DNA of 64,000 nt, taken from assembly GCF_037042905.1 (NCBI RefSeq), contig NC_087251.1:41728001-41792000 (forward strand), written 5' to 3'. Numbering within the stretch: the first letter of the stretch is position 1; each line of letters begins with the position of its first letter. Shown here piece by piece: positions 23,201 through 37,488 of this stretch. The translations under genes and the position numbers were made by a program. This stretch comes from Lytechinus pictus. Taxonomy: Eukaryota. The notes under the pieces are model-generated. The model had not been told where the DNA came from. It searched no databases and was given only the letters and a program-made list of their open reading frames with translations.

Positions 23201-25785
23201 TTTGTTAATCATTTGATTTAATTTGACTGGAATTATTTCATTTCTTTTCACTTTTTTAATATACAAACCACACAAATAAAAGATGAATATGCAATATAAT
23301 TCATAAACATTCGCATAATGAAAAATGAATTCAAATTATATTTACGCCTATTGTCTAGGTTTTATTATAGAAAATCCGAATAATCTATTAATCAACAATA
23401 GTATAACAGGGCAAACAATCGACACAAATGCTTACTTGGTGTTCAGCAATATGACATCAAGAGAATGAGTGATTAATGCATAGTCTTTCACTTATTGCTA
23501 AGCATAAATGAAAATCTGAAATAGAAGGAAATGGCAGGATATAGGAAACACCAGTTTCTTGAAAATTTTGATTACAAATGATAACAAATTCAAAAGATAT
23601 GAATTTCTGCACTTCATTAACTTCCTTGCTATTATCATTTTTTAAAAGAAAAATTACAGTCTTTCAGTAAATCCCAGCTTACACTATACGATCAGATACC
23701 ACGCGACTTTTGAATAAATCGCATTTAGCATTGAAAGTTCAAAGAAGTAAAATTAGTTTATTTGATATTTGGCATAATGTTAGGAATAATAACTATCATA
23801 ATGATAATTTTGTTTTGCGGCAAGACCTGTGGTCGGAGTAAAGTCTCCAAATCGGCTTCAAGTCTTTTACGATTTGGAATTGAATTTGTTTTTATTCCCA
23901 TAGGGAGGCTCGAAATAGACTGAATTCATATTTCAATAGTCCTCCCAATGAGATTGCTAAGATTTTATTGGTTGGAATGTTCATGTATTATTACAAGAGA
24001 TTCATACATTTACGATACCTTTCAAAAACTGAACATCTTGTTCCTTCTCTAAACTTTAAACCGGCTGTCTTAAAACCAAATGCTTGTCTTAACAGATCGG
24101 TTTATCTATTGGTACATTTATGATACTTTTTTTTTCTAAAAACAGCTACAGCTGAATATCTTTTTCCTTCACTTTACTATAACCAACTGTCTTGATACCA
24201 AATGCTTGTTTCATTATTTAACTTGTTTGTTACATATCATCTTGGATTACAACCAGATTATCCCCCCAAAATCCTAAAGGTCACTTGGATCTATTATTAT
24301 TCAAGAAGATTGAAAAGTGAAAGGTGTGTTCTTCTGGTATCCAAGAAACGAGAAAACTTCTTTCTCCTATAACGACGTGTTATTGTAATATTCGCACTAT
24401 TTCATTATGTATTTTCATGTCTTCTTAGCGGCTTAAAATGGTAATTCTTGGCCATTTTTTAAAGACATGTCTTTTTCCTCTCTCTTTTTTCCCCACTCCA
24501 TTTCAAAGCAGGAGTGCAGAAATGATCCCCTTCTAAGCTGGTGGTGTTTTGGTTTGTCGGTGGACTGTTATCATCTTGTTTCGAATCAAAATCGGGAAGT
24601 CTTTGGTCCTGACACAAAGGTCTTCTTTGGCCGATTACCTCCTTCAATCAGAATACATCTATCCAGCTATTATCCTAAAATACTAAAATCTCTTGCTAAC
24701 TTTGATCCACATACTGTGTCATGTGTTCATTTTACGCTTAACCGCATTTGACTAAGCTATATTCTCTTTTTCTGCTTCTTCTATTCAATTGTTGGAGGAA
24801 ATCTGTGCAGTTGCCGGTAAACAGGTCTCGAGGTAGTGTGCTCAAACAGATGACATGGTTTTTTTGTTGTTATTCTCCGATCTTTGTCATGTAACTTCTT
24901 TGTCTGTTTTGTGCCCATCGTCAAAAGCTCTGTCCAGCTTCTCAACAAGAACTCACGCCCCGGGCGCGAATTACGCGATCAGTAGAAACGCATTAGTTTA
25001 TTTGCGCTGCGTAATCCTGAGCTCCCAACAAGCAAACTTTAGTCTCGCTTTCTTCCTCAGTTTGCTTGGCTGAAGAAGGTGAAGAAGGGGGCGAATCAGG
25101 ACCAGATATAGCCTAGGGGTGCAAGGATGGTAGGTGGTCTGTAAGCTATTGTACACCCTCTTCCCCTGTCTTAACGGAGTGTCTTACAACCCTCTAGTGC
25201 CCCGTCCCACTGGTTCCACCACACACTCGTACCCACTTGATTTGTTAGCTTTCAGGATTATTGTGTAAACTTAAAAAAAAAGCATAATGAGGAAAAATTA
25301 GAAATTGCTAAGGCGGTTGTTATCCGTTCCCTGGTCAAAAGATGTAATAAAGAGAATTAAGTTAAAAGAAATGCTTTACCCAGGAAGGTGTTAGCTCGGT
25401 TAGGCTTGAGTTGTGTTAATAGGGGTGACTATAGCGACCCAGGTAAAGTGGGTTGTTTTTCACGAAAGGGAGCTAAGAGATAAATCCAATGAAAAGTACA
25501 AAGAATTACACCTTAAGATGAGGTGAGTTATATAAGAATGAAAAAAAAATGAACAAGATTCATGGAGAAAGAGAGAGGGAGAGAGAGCGGGGGGGGGGGG
25601 TAGAAAGGTTGTGTGGTATTCACAATAGCCACACCCTATAATTACTATTCAAGGATCGATCCCTTTTCTTTTCTTTTATTTTAGCCCTGGTATAATGTTC
25701 ATACAAATACAATTAATATAATTATTATCATCATGATCATACAAAAAAAAAAGAATTAGAAATATAATCGTTTCGCATTGAAAAA

Positions 25786-25962
25786 CACTCCTAAAAATGC
25801 TGGGCTATATACTGTCCACACAACAAAACTTAAAACTTTATCCAAGTCTGGGTAGTTTGAAACCAATGGTGTGTGCTTTGGGTGAAAACAAGTATTGGTT
25901 GAAAACTACCTAGAGTTAGATAAATTTTTAACCAATGTTGTGTGGACAGTATGTTGCCCAAC
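25786..25962. mobile_element. Truncated CACT-type foldback MITE
   Basis: CACTCCTAAAAATGCTGGGC..ATACTGTCCACACAACA vs TGTTGTGTGGACAGTAT..GCCCAACA; the outer right TIR is missing. Confidence 0.55.
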
Positions 25963-27529
25963 AGTAAGTATTGATATCCTGCGATAAAATGTGAAATTAA
26001 CAAAATAACAAGTGATTACAAAACTAATAATGTAATTACATTAGAAAAGTTATGTACCATACATGTCTACGAAGAAAATGATAACTAAATTTTTGTGCCT
26101 CGCCGGTATTTCTGTTACCTTAAAACTAAAGTTATTCTCTGTATTCATTGTAACACTTCCTGTGTTCACATCTACAAAAGATAGTCTCAGACAAGTTTAC
26201 AGCAAAAATTAACTCAAATTCTCCGTTTAATAGTCTTGTTTTTTGTTTATAAATTCAAACATATCACCTTAGCATTTCCGTGTACATGTTGTAGAGGATC
26301 ATTGCCAGAATCAAATTCCCTCTCGTTCGGGACATTAATGGTTCAATAATGAATGACAAAAAAAAATCTTCCAGCTGCTATTGCTGATGTTATTTTTTTT
26401 TCAATTTAAGCATTTTAATTACTCATGTATATCGACAATTGTTGGTAGAATTATGACAAAATAAGATGAGGAAAGAAGAACAAAAAAAAATGAGAAGGAG
26501 AAGGGAATAATTAGGAGGAAAAATACTTTTTTTTCATGCGGACTTATCATTAATAAAATCAAGGGTATACACTTAAAAACCGCAAATTTAACTTTCTTCT
26601 CGGATGTGATTTAATAATCGCAAGCTAGTTTCAACTCTTGACTTGATACAAAATATATATTCTCATAATTTTTGCAACGACCTCTTTTCAAGTCCCTCTC
26701 CGCGCTTGAATTTGAGGTTGAATACACACAATGTAAAACAAAAATAAAAATCAGAATCAGATTTAACAATCTCTATATCCTGCTTCAGGGTATAGGCTAA
26801 TCTCATGGGATGAGTTAATCCTCTGTTACTAATCTGGACTAAATGATTGTTATTATTCTGCACCTGCGCCTGGTGTAGGATGAGGTCGATCAGAGGACGT
26901 CGCGCTCAATGAAGCACAAGGCAGCATATCCGATACGGGTGACGCGGGCAGAGCGGGGCGGCAATGTTCCAGCTCATTGCTTCACCAATGATCAGAATGT
27001 CTAAAAACAGCGGTTTATTACGACGAGCTAATATCAACACCAAATATAACAAATATCATTCCTAAGAACAATTAATTCTTTTAGGAACTAATTCACCAAG
27101 GATTTTGAGATCAGTATTAAAGTTAGATTTTATCGGACCCATCGCAAACGGTCACCGGCGCCGTATTTCCAGAATACGGGGAGGCCTATTATCGTTTTGG
27201 GGACTTGAATATCTTCTGATTAATGATATAAATAGAACTATTTTGCAGGCAACAAATTACTAAATCCTTACCCGAATATTTTTTCTCAAATATCAATCTA
27301 AGGAAGACGAAAGTCATAATATATTTGTTTTGTTGAACATAGACAGGTCATGATCCATTTTGGGGAGATTGTATTCCATTTATAGGTATTATCATTGCCT
27401 TCTATTATTCTTGTTACAATAAATCGGAATTCATATTATATATAGACTTTAATTTGATGTTACCAGAACTATTCCATCATTTGCCATGCTCATGCAGCTT
27501 TTGTCTTGCTACATCTAATATACTGCAAC

Positions 27530-30004
27530 CAGGGGCGGAAATCTCTCCCAAAAGGTAGGGGGGACACAGGGGCGGATCCAGCCTTCGCCAATAGGGGGGG
27601 GGGGGCGGAAATTTGTTTCAGCCATATTTTCCCCGATCGGCAGCTCGAAGATGATTTGTGTTTGTTTCTTTGAAGGGGTAGTCCTCATCAGTCACTTCTA
27701 AGCTTTATTCTTATAAATTCATTATAATATCATAATCCTTAATTATATGATGCGAGCGCGAAGCGCGAGCTAATATTTTGGAAATTTTCATGTATTTTTT
27801 CTTAAAATTTGAACATTCTTGGCAATGTTTGTTATTCTGAAAAAAATCTGTATGCAACTTAACAATTACTACGAACGCAAAGCGCGAGCAGAAATGAACT
27901 GATGGAAAAGATACCTGTTAAAGACTGCGTGCAGTTAGCATATTTAACAATCAAATAATGCGAGCGCGAGCTGATTTTTTTGACATTTTCACCTAAAGAA
28001 TGGAAATTCTATGCACTTTTTGTAACTCAAGCAGAATAGGTATATAAGAAGACAATTGATGCGAGCGCGAAGCGCGAGCGGAAAATTTCGAGATTTAGTC
28101 CTTTAATATTTACTGAACGAGACACTCTATTCATGTTTTGTAAATCATGAAAAGGATGAGTATTAGTCATGCGAGCGCATAGCGCGAGCAGAAAATGTTT
28201 ATTTACGTACCTGTTGAAAAGGTACCTGTTAAGGACTACTTGCACTTAGCCATGAAGGCGTTACATATTTCAACAATCAAAAAATGCGAGCGCGAAGCGC
28301 GAGCTGAAAATTTTTGAACATTTCTAAAGAATGGAAAATTTTAATCATTTTTTGTAATCGTGAACAGGATAGCTATATAATTCAACAATTGATGCGAGCG
28401 CGAAGCGCGAGCAGAAAAAAAATCGAGATTTAGACCTAAAAATGGGCCACCCTGTTCATGTTTTGTAAACAGCCATAGGCTGATCGAGGGCTTTTTACCG
28501 TGTTTAAATAAAATAAATCAATCAAAATCAATGTTTTGTAAATCATGAAAAGGATGAGTAATAGGGGGTCTTCCTACATTAAAAATGCGAGCACAAAGCG
28601 CGAGCAGAAAAATTTTGATATTGTGATCTGAAACTGGATAATGATTTAAATAGAGAACAATTTGAGTATTTTAATAAACATGCGCGCGCGTGTTTCATAT
28701 TTAGACCTAGAATCTAGGCATTCTAAATACATATTTAATCATAAAAATCATGAAACTTTGATATTCCAATCTGAAAAAAGAGTCAATTACAGCTTTATAT
28801 TTCAAGCACTTTGTAGAAAAATTGTAAGGTGGATATGGATTGCACTTAAAAAAGAGAGCTAAAATTGTCATTATTATTACTTTGAGTTTTGACATAGGAC
28901 CGGGACATCCTTACGACATGTCATGAAAATGATGACTATCTTCCTATTCCTCTTGCTAAGCGCGAGATGAAACAAAAGGGACAATTTAATTATTAGATTA
29001 ATATCATATTTATTAACGCCTAATGAGGGCGCGAAATCTGATATTATGGCATAAACACTGGACATTTCACTTTTGTAATTATGAATAGGATGCATCAGTT
29101 AATATATTTTTAACCATTAATTTTGCGCGAGCTAAAATTTTTGATAAACCGTCATGAAAAGTGGATTTTAAGTAGTTTGTTGTATAATCAATATTAAAAC
29201 ATACATAACTCGCCAATCAAAATGCCAGCGTGCAGCGCTAGCTGATACGTCTTGACAGTCAGACCTGAAAAGGGATATTTCGAAAACTTTATGGAATACA
29301 CGAAAATAATAGGTACCTGATAAATCACAATTTGCGAGCGCGCAGCGCAAGCAGCAAATGTTGATAAAATTATTCAGACCATAAAACTGACATTTTTACA
29401 GAGCACTTTTAAAAAAATCAATTTGTAAATCACACAAATAATGAAAGTTCGATCTCCGAGGTGAAATATGTTTTGTATATTGACTTCTACACTTGATATT
29501 TGAGCTCCATATTGAACAAGATATGTAAATCACCTAACAGGCAATGCGAGCGCGAAGCGCGAGCGAAAATTTTATATAGTGGCACGAAAGATTCTTTTTA
29601 TTTTCCAAGTTTTCCCCTCATCTTATTTTATGCACTGGTCGTCCTTCTCTTCTTTTTCTCCTCTCTTTTTCCCTCCTTTTTTCCTTTTTCCTTCTTTCTT
29701 TCCTTTTTTTTCTTTTTTTGCTCCGCCAATAGGGGGGGGGGGGGCCTCGGCCCCCCTGGATCCGCCTATGGGGACAAGGGGCGGGAAAATTTGACAAGCA
29801 AAAAAAAGGTTATCATCCCAAAAGTACGGTCATCTCGTCCCAACTCGTCCCAAAATACATGTTTTATTTCCATTTAGAATGATGTATTTCTTACCATCAT
29901 AAAAGACAAAAAATAGTAGGGGGGACATTTGATATTGTGTCCCCCCTACTATTTTGAGTAGGGGGGACACGTCCCCCCTGTCCCCCCTGGGATTTCCGCC
30001 CATG
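27530..30004. mobile_element. hAT-like element with 8-bp TSD ACTGCAAC, containing a nested element
   Basis: TIR CAGGGGCGGAAATC / GATTTCCGCCCATG; TSD at 27522-27529 and 30005-30012. Confidence 0.9.
27567..29770. mobile_element. Nested hAT-like element with many GCGAGCGCGAAGCGCGAGC motifs
   Basis: TIR CAGGGGCGGATCCAG / CTGGATCCGCCTATG; GGGACA on both flanks (G-run length differs). Confidence 0.85.
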
Positions 30005-30309
30005 ACTGCAACTCGATATCACAGCAAATTTTTTTTATAAATTGAAAAGAAAACAGAAATTAGAGTTGTTTTGTCATCCATACTCTTAATGCCCGATTAT
30101 TCAAGAATAATATGTTTTTCAATAATGATTAATTTTCAAACCAATATGATTTCTATCAACTGTCTTTTTCTACTTCTTATTTAATTTTATTCTAATGTCA
30201 TCTGATCAGTATTTGGTAATACGTTTGGTAATAGATATATTATACCTGAAAATGAAATGAAAAAAAAATGAAAATCCATATTTTATTGTTCGAAATAGAC
30301 ATGAAACGA

Positions 30310-30518
30310 AATACTTCGAAAATTTGCTTCGCCCAATTAATCTTGGGCCCGGCAGCCGCTGTGCAGCGCCAGATCGACGAGGCTCTATCCAGAACGCCAA
30401 ACTGGATAGCAGCAACTCCCATCTTTTAACGTCTTTCGGTCTGACGCGGCCGGGGTTTGAACTCCCGACCTCGCGGTTTGTGAGGCGGACTCTCTACCAA
30501 CGGAGCCAACACACCGGT
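30310..30518 (-). mobile_element. tRNA-derived SINE
   Basis: Minus strand: A box TGGCTCCGTTGG, B box GTTCAAACC, then CGCGTCAGACCGAAAGACGTTAAAAGATGGGAG, the same family as 48726 and ~3345. Confidence 0.8.
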
Positions 30519-32636
30519 GTTCAACTGAAATGCACCAGTTCGCTCAAATTATGAAAACTTTTCTAAGTCTCCATCTGTTTCATTACCCCCTCCTATGGCA
30601 ATTTGAATTACAGTCTGTATCAATATACTTGGTATAATCAAACAAGTTGGTAAAAGAGTTGAAAACTGTCAAGAGATATTCTTACTCCCCCTCCCTCCCT
30701 GATAAAAGCGTACATGACTTGTGTATGAATGTAAATGAAAAGGATGATAAATTCAGCAGTAATCATTGGTCTTATTGTTAAACTTATATCCCCAGACGAA
30801 TCTATTCCACTGATTTGTCACACACACAATGGTTCATATGTCTTTTTTTCGCCCTCTGCCCCGAACCACATGAAATGAAAATACCGATTACATGTAATTA
30901 CAAGTATTTTCTCCTCAACTCTTGAAGATTATCGCAATCTTTTTCTTTTCTCTTCCCCCTTTTTTTTGCTCGTAAGCATTGCCTTAGGATAACATTATTA
31001 TTTAGTGAATGATTTTTCTGCTAATACTGGACGAAAGGATATCATTGAATACAGATTGAGGGTAGAACGTTTACAAGGTGATGTAATGAGGAAGAAAAGA
31101 AATGAGAGATAACATTATGTTAGCATCAACCTTTCTACCAATCTTAATAACTCATATTTATTACAATACTGGACCCGCAGAACAGGGGGAGAGGTACATT
31201 TCCCATCCTTTTTTTCAGCAAACGTTTACAAATACGTGAAAAATGGGTATCAAATTATTATTTTTTTGTTATGTTCAGCCCCCAAACTTTCAGCTCAGCC
31301 CTCCTTATCATCCCAAAATCATTCCACGGCCGCTGATACAGGAAAGTCAAGATTATGCAAAAATACACTTTGCTTATTTTTCTCAGAATAAATGAATTAT
31401 TACAAACAACATTTGTCTTTATTTTTTCTAATTTTTCTCGCAATAGTTGTTCATAAAAAGGAAATGAGAAATAGAGCGCTGTAAAAGGAAACACTGGTGT
31501 TACGAACGATTCCAAGGATGTGAGGGACCTTGTTGAATGTGTTCTTTAATGGAAGCAGCAACAGTGGCATATATGGACATGAGGACCATGAAAGTGATTA
31601 TAATAAAGATAATCTTGAATGATGATAATACAAATAATTATATAATATTCAGATAATTGATGACGATTAGGAATGACGATCATAATGTAGGCCTACATGA
31701 GAGTATTGTTTACATTGTGATTTTTCTTTAACCTACAAATAAAATAGAAATTAATACATTCTGTGAGAAAAATACCTTTGTTAATCTTTATAAAAGTACA
31801 CATTGTGTATGTTACTAAACAAATGTGTTGTGTTAATAAAATACAAACGAATGGTGACATGCTATTATGAATGCGAGAACAAGGGAAGACTTAGGAAAAG
31901 AATATTTTCCTCCGGAGAAATATTAATTCAGGGAAAAAAAATCAAGCTACTCGTGTACTTTTTTAAACTTTAAAGGTGAAATATTTGATGCACGTTTTTT
32001 CAATACCATTAATTTGTACATGGTTTTTTAAGGGGTTGAATGCCCATCACCTCCTTGTACTAGTGGTGCGTACAGCCATGTCAATAATTTATAGAAAGAG
32101 ATAAAGATAAAAAGGAGGGGAGATCATGAAAGAGAAAAACAGAATAGCGAGAGAGAGAGAGTGATGGAAAATAAATAAGAAAACGCGAAGATTGTGAAAT
32201 GATTATTAGGATTCACATATTTAATCTTCAGAACCTGGGTTCGAAAATTGTCCGACGTTTACAGGTTTCTATTCAATGGCCTCTTCTCCGTTCTGTTTTG
32301 GTGGAAACCGAGAATTTTGGTTAAATAATTGAGCAGATATAGACCATGCATGCATGACCAAAGATCCGATGGCGCATTATCATCACCATCACGATAATTT
32401 GTAACTTGTCAGAAAGTCTTTTTTCCTCTCCATTCGGACCGAACAAAGAGTAGAATCAGAGGAGATTACATTGAAGTCAAACCCGTTTTAAAGCCTTATC
32501 TTGATCAAGAAGGAAAACTGCATTGTAATCCTCATCATCGTAGAAAGTAATCTTCAAACTCTGTCAGACCAAAAGTGTTTACCGCAGCTCTTAATTTTTC
32601 GTCGTTCTATATAATATGGATATGGAATGAAGTTTG

Positions 32637-32676
<40 letters not shown>

Positions 32677-33926
32677 AATAAATATGAATTGAGAATATGC
32701 ATCCTAATGATAATTCTAAAAATGTAAAAAGTACAGTGAGTGATTAATCGTACATTGAACTGTTTATTGAAATATAAGAATTACACATGTTAAAGTTTCC
32801 AACGTAATTGTGCAAACCGGTAGCATGCAGGACTAGTTATGAGCTGGGAAATTCTGACCGTCTTGCCTTTGGAATAGATCCTCTGGTTTTACTAAAGTAT
32901 GATTTATTTCCCGATTTGGCACATTCATAACATTGACATGACCTTTCCTAATTATATAATAAACCTATATAATATATAATGATATATAATAAAAGAAGGT
33001 TTTCTTGCATAGGAAAGAACAGCAGAATCCAATGTAATGACATCTAAGATAGATATGAAAATAAAGTTAGACAATTTTAGATTTATATACTTCGACAATG
33101 ATAACGAGGTCTCCATAGTCCTTGTAATTTTATTCTGAAGGTGTATGGATGATTAAATCACTTAAGGCGACCAGAGCATTAGGTGAACAATGTAATATGA
33201 AATGATTTTTTAAAAAGACAAGATAAATATAGAGTTTATGATAATGTGCAATGATTAGGTTTGCCGATGATGATAATAGTGAATAGAAGGAAAAAGATCA
33301 ACAGGAATGACAATATAGAAGTTAATTTGACTGTGGTCTCGCGAGATCGTAATCCTTAACGCCCAACTTGCCAAATATCGTTCATAATTAGCAGGGTTTT
33401 GTATCTTAAACCATGACTTGACCAACGTTTTCTGAGCAGGCAAGCGGCTTATATTAACCTATTGGGCACGGACAGGACACCTTTGTACAACAACAATAAA
33501 AACGGGCGCGATACATCTGGGAAGAAGAAGAGTAAAGCCTTGTTTACCCGTGTCGGTATTTACTTTATTTGAAGAAGTGTAAGTGAAAATCCACTAAGAC
33601 TTTTCAGGAGAATGAATGCGAGTAAAGTGGTTCTTTTGAAATACCTTTAGACGAGAGGGATGATGGGGTTAAAACCACAAGAGTACAGGTGAACTGATGG
33701 TAAATGAGAGAAGGTATGGAGGTAGTAATGCAAGGGCGGATCCGTGGGCCGCCCCCCCCCCCTCAAGGAGAAGTGTGAACATTTTAAAAATGGACAATGG
33801 AAAAGTGGCTGTGTACCCCCGCCGTCAAGGGCAAGGCAAGGAGGTTATGTGGTTTGAGCGGAGACCCACTTTTTTTTAATTGTTTTTATATGCATGTAAA
33901 AACAAAGTTCGACAGGAAATTCGATA

Positions 33927-34156
33927 CACTGTTAAGAATAATTTAAACAACGCCGTTTACTGTGAATCGCAAAGTAGTCGTTTGAACATTTAAACAAGTG
34001 TTTAAAATCTGAAACAACAAAGTTTAAATTCAAATATTTAGGTATCAATAATTTAAGCATAGTTGTTTAAAATTTTAAGTACTTGTTTAAACTGTTTAAA
34101 CAACTACTGAGCGATTCACATAGTAAACATCGTTGTTTAAACTATTTTTAGCAGTG
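33927..34156. mobile_element. CACTG-ended foldback MITE (second family), 2-bp TSD TA
   Basis: CACTGTTAAGAATAATTTAAACAACG ... CGTTGTTTAAACTATTTTTAGCAGTG, with long internal inverted symmetry. Confidence 0.85.
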
Positions 34157-34439
34157 TATCTTTTATTTCATTTTATCTTTTTTTTTGCTTGTGAAAAAAT
34201 GATAATTACTATTCACATATTTAATACTTTATTCTTGATACTTGATGGAGTAATCCCTCTGGCAGCTCATACAAGAAGCTATACTGGAATGATGAATAAA
34301 GTGATGAAGGAGTGTTATGAAGTGCAGAAATGGTGATGGATAGACATAGCAATTTGTATATACAGTAAAACATGCTATGCCGAGTGCAAGTAAAAACCAA
34401 ACTAGTGACTTTACATAATTTGGGATCCAATAGGAGGCT

Positions 34440-36675
34440 GCATCATTCTGATGGCAGGAAGAGCAGCCTCCTTGAAACTGGACATTCCTATGGTTGTTCC
34501 AGTTCTATATCGCTCTTGGATAGGAGAACTTGAAGGGGTCGATTGTGGCCTCAGGTATGATGTACTTTAAGTTGTGATCATTTCTTGTGAAAAATGTTGT
34601 TGGGGTGACGATGGATGGATGAGTAATGGAAACATGATGGTAATGGATTTTGTGAAAGAGGGAACATTGGGCAAGGATTCGGCGTGTGTGAAGTGCTCCC
34701 CATTCCAGTGACATTACAAGAGCAGAAGGTGATGTGGAGATCCTGTCAGAATACACAAAGCGAGCCGTTGATCTTTGTACTTGCTCGAGCAGGTTCATGA
34801 CTGTGACTGTATATGGATTCCAGGCCTCATAGCCCTACTCTAGTTGAGGGCGCTCCAAGGATGTGTAGGCCATCAACTTTACATCTCTTGTACAAGAGGA
34901 AAGAGTCCTACGCAGGAGACCAAATGTTCGACTTACTTTCTGCCGAATGAGTTGGCAATGTTTGTTCCATCGCAGATCAGAAGAAACTGTGACACCCAAG
35001 TACTTGTAGTTGTTAACTCTATAGGATCACACAATGTTTTCTTGTAATAATTAACACTGCACACTTTTTTATGTTAAAGTCTATCATCCATTTGGTAGAC
35101 CAACTATACAGTTATTGAAGGTCACTTTGGAGGATTTCGTGGTCGTCACAATGCTTGATCTCACCGTCATCTGCGAAGAGACGCATCGTTGACTGTACAT
35201 TATCTAAGATGTCATTGATGTACAGCAACAGCAAGGTTGGCGCGATGACGGAACCCTAGGGCACGCCAGATGTTACATCTCTCCATGTTGACTTTGATCC
35301 ATTAACGACAACTGCCTGCTTCCGATCAGCAAGAAGTGACATTATCCAACGCAGCGAGTTACCAGTGATTCCATAGAATTCAAACTTGGAAGACAAAAGA
35401 TGGTGTGGGTTCGGTTGAAAGCCTTCTGAAAGTCGAGGAAGATGATGTCCGCTTGACTTCGACGTTGAAGGATAGCAGACCAATCATGTACGACCGATGT
35501 TAGTTGAGTCGTAGTTGAGAGGCCTTGTCTAAATCCATGCTGAGCGTCAGTAAGGATGTTGTTTCTTGCGATGTGCTTAGATGTATGGCTCAGGATGATA
35601 TGCTCCATAACCTTACTGCATATGAGATGGTACATGCCACGGTTGTAGCTTTGACCCTACTGTAGCTTTGCTGGAAGAGGAATGATAGAGGTGCAGCGAT
35701 CTCGTTAGCTATCAGCTTCAGAAGTTTTGGAAGAATTTCGTCGGGCCCACTAGCCTTGGATTGAGCTGTTGAAGGCGCTTCTCAACCGCAGTCATGTGGA
35801 TGTGCAAGTGGCCAATGGCTGGGCACGGAGATGGTCCCTTCTGCACATGAGATTGAGGCTGGCTACATGTGAATATTGACTGGAAGAAGCCATTCAATGC
35901 CTCTGCCTTATCCAAGGCTATAGCACAAAGATTGGTCGGAGTACGCAACGTTGGGATACCAATTTTGATCGACATGTTCTGATGTATGACCAGAAAGACT
36001 TTGGATTGTCTTTAAGACTTTCCCCGATGATGTTGTTGATATGTATACACCTGATTACTATGTTGACTGTACGCTTTCCATGCATGTGAACAGGACTGTT
36101 TGTGTGCCTTTTTGAAAAGCCTATCTCTCTTCCTCATTTGACGTTTAATGGTTGTTGCGACCCAGGAAAGATGCCTCTTACCCTTACTCATTTTTGAAGG
36201 AACAAGCTCAGACATACACTAATTCAAAAAGTTGGTGATTGTTTTCCAGTTTGCATCTACTGAATTCCTTTCTGGATTTGACTGAAGAAATTCAGTTGTA
36301 AAGTCGGCAGCTGCATTCTTCAGTTGCTCTTGGTTAGCTCTGTGGAACTGGAGGACCTTTCTAGGTGGTTTTACAGAGGTCCTTAGATTTGCAGCAAGCG
36401 TGAAGGTAACAATTTTGTGATCCAATAAACCAGATTGAATAGACACATTCTCTACCAGGGCAGGATTTGAGGTAACCACTAAATCAAGGATATGATTTGA
36501 AAAAGGACGAGTAATCTCCCTTACTACTTGAAACAACGAATTATTAAGTAGAATATCCAAGAGCTTCTGGTGGCTGGCAGTACTGACGGGATTTGTAGTC
36601 ATCTGGTTGCTCCAGTTGATGTCATGATGATTGAAGTCACCGCCAAGGTGTGGCAGGACAAATTACCGCATCTTT
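34440..36675 (-). mobile_element. Decayed, 5'-truncated non-LTR retrotransposon (CR1/L2 group): APE endonuclease plus reverse transcriptase pseudogene
   Basis: Minus-strand motifs LGGDFNHHDINW, ILDLVVTSNP, QHGFRQGLSTTTQL, FLDFQKAF, VTSGVP*GSV, YINDILDNVQSTMRLFADD and LEQVQR..RFV, broken by stops and frameshifts. Confidence 0.93.
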
Positions 36676-36819
36676 CATATCTTCAGTCGTGGTGTAACTT
36701 GTTTCTTTTTGATAAATTTATATATTTGACATTTGATGTGCACTTATTAGGAAGAAAATATGTACATGTATAGGCTACGTTACACCTTGGGGTTCTCTCT
36801 CAGGTGCATAAACATTATT

Positions 36820-37488
36820 AGTGGGTTTTCGCCCAGCGTCGTACGACGCTATCTACGACGTAGAACGATCTCTTTGTTCGTGCGTCCGTCGCGCTCAACT
36901 CTCGCTTGTAAGCAGTTTCGCAAATCGCTGAACGCGGCCGGATCGACCGGCTGGCATGGTTGGCATGTAATGTTGACACGCCAACATGTGCATTGTATAT
37001 GTTCCTACTATGTGCACACAACTGGCAGTGCCATGTGTCTTGCAGTCGCGTCGTCGACCGAGCCATGCAACGGCTTTTCAATCATATTTCAATAATCATA
37101 CTCGTTTAAACTTCTACTGTAACATTTTGAAATTATACTTAGCTTGATTTTAGTATAATTGAAATGGTACTCACCGAAAAACTCGCATTCGAGTCCATGT
37201 TTTGAAGCTTTCAGCTATCAGTGTAGTCAGAGTAGAGTACAACATGTGCATGCACGCGATGGGCGAATGTGTTTACATCGATCGGCTCAGCTTGCTCGCT
37301 CTACAAGCGATCTGATTGGCTGTTGACGGCTGTTGACAAATCCTACGTTCTAATGCGGACGCCCGCTAATTTGCGGAAGAACCGTCCGTGATTTGAGCTC
37401 AAGAACGCTCGGGCCTCTGTTTCCATGAAAGTTGGCGATTTTTGCACACGTACGTTCTACGTCGTACGACGCTGGGCGAAAACCCACT
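36820..37488. mobile_element. Young MITE with perfect 29-bp TIRs and ATT flanking duplication (Harbinger-like)
   Basis: AGTGGGTTTTCGCCCAGCGTCGTACGACG at both ends; ATT on both flanks (or TATTA if the termini are 1 bp shorter). Confidence 0.88.

Noticed and set aside
34440..36675. Functional reverse transcriptase system
   Set aside because: Multiple stops and frameshifts plus 5' truncation; an ordinary dead LINE copy.
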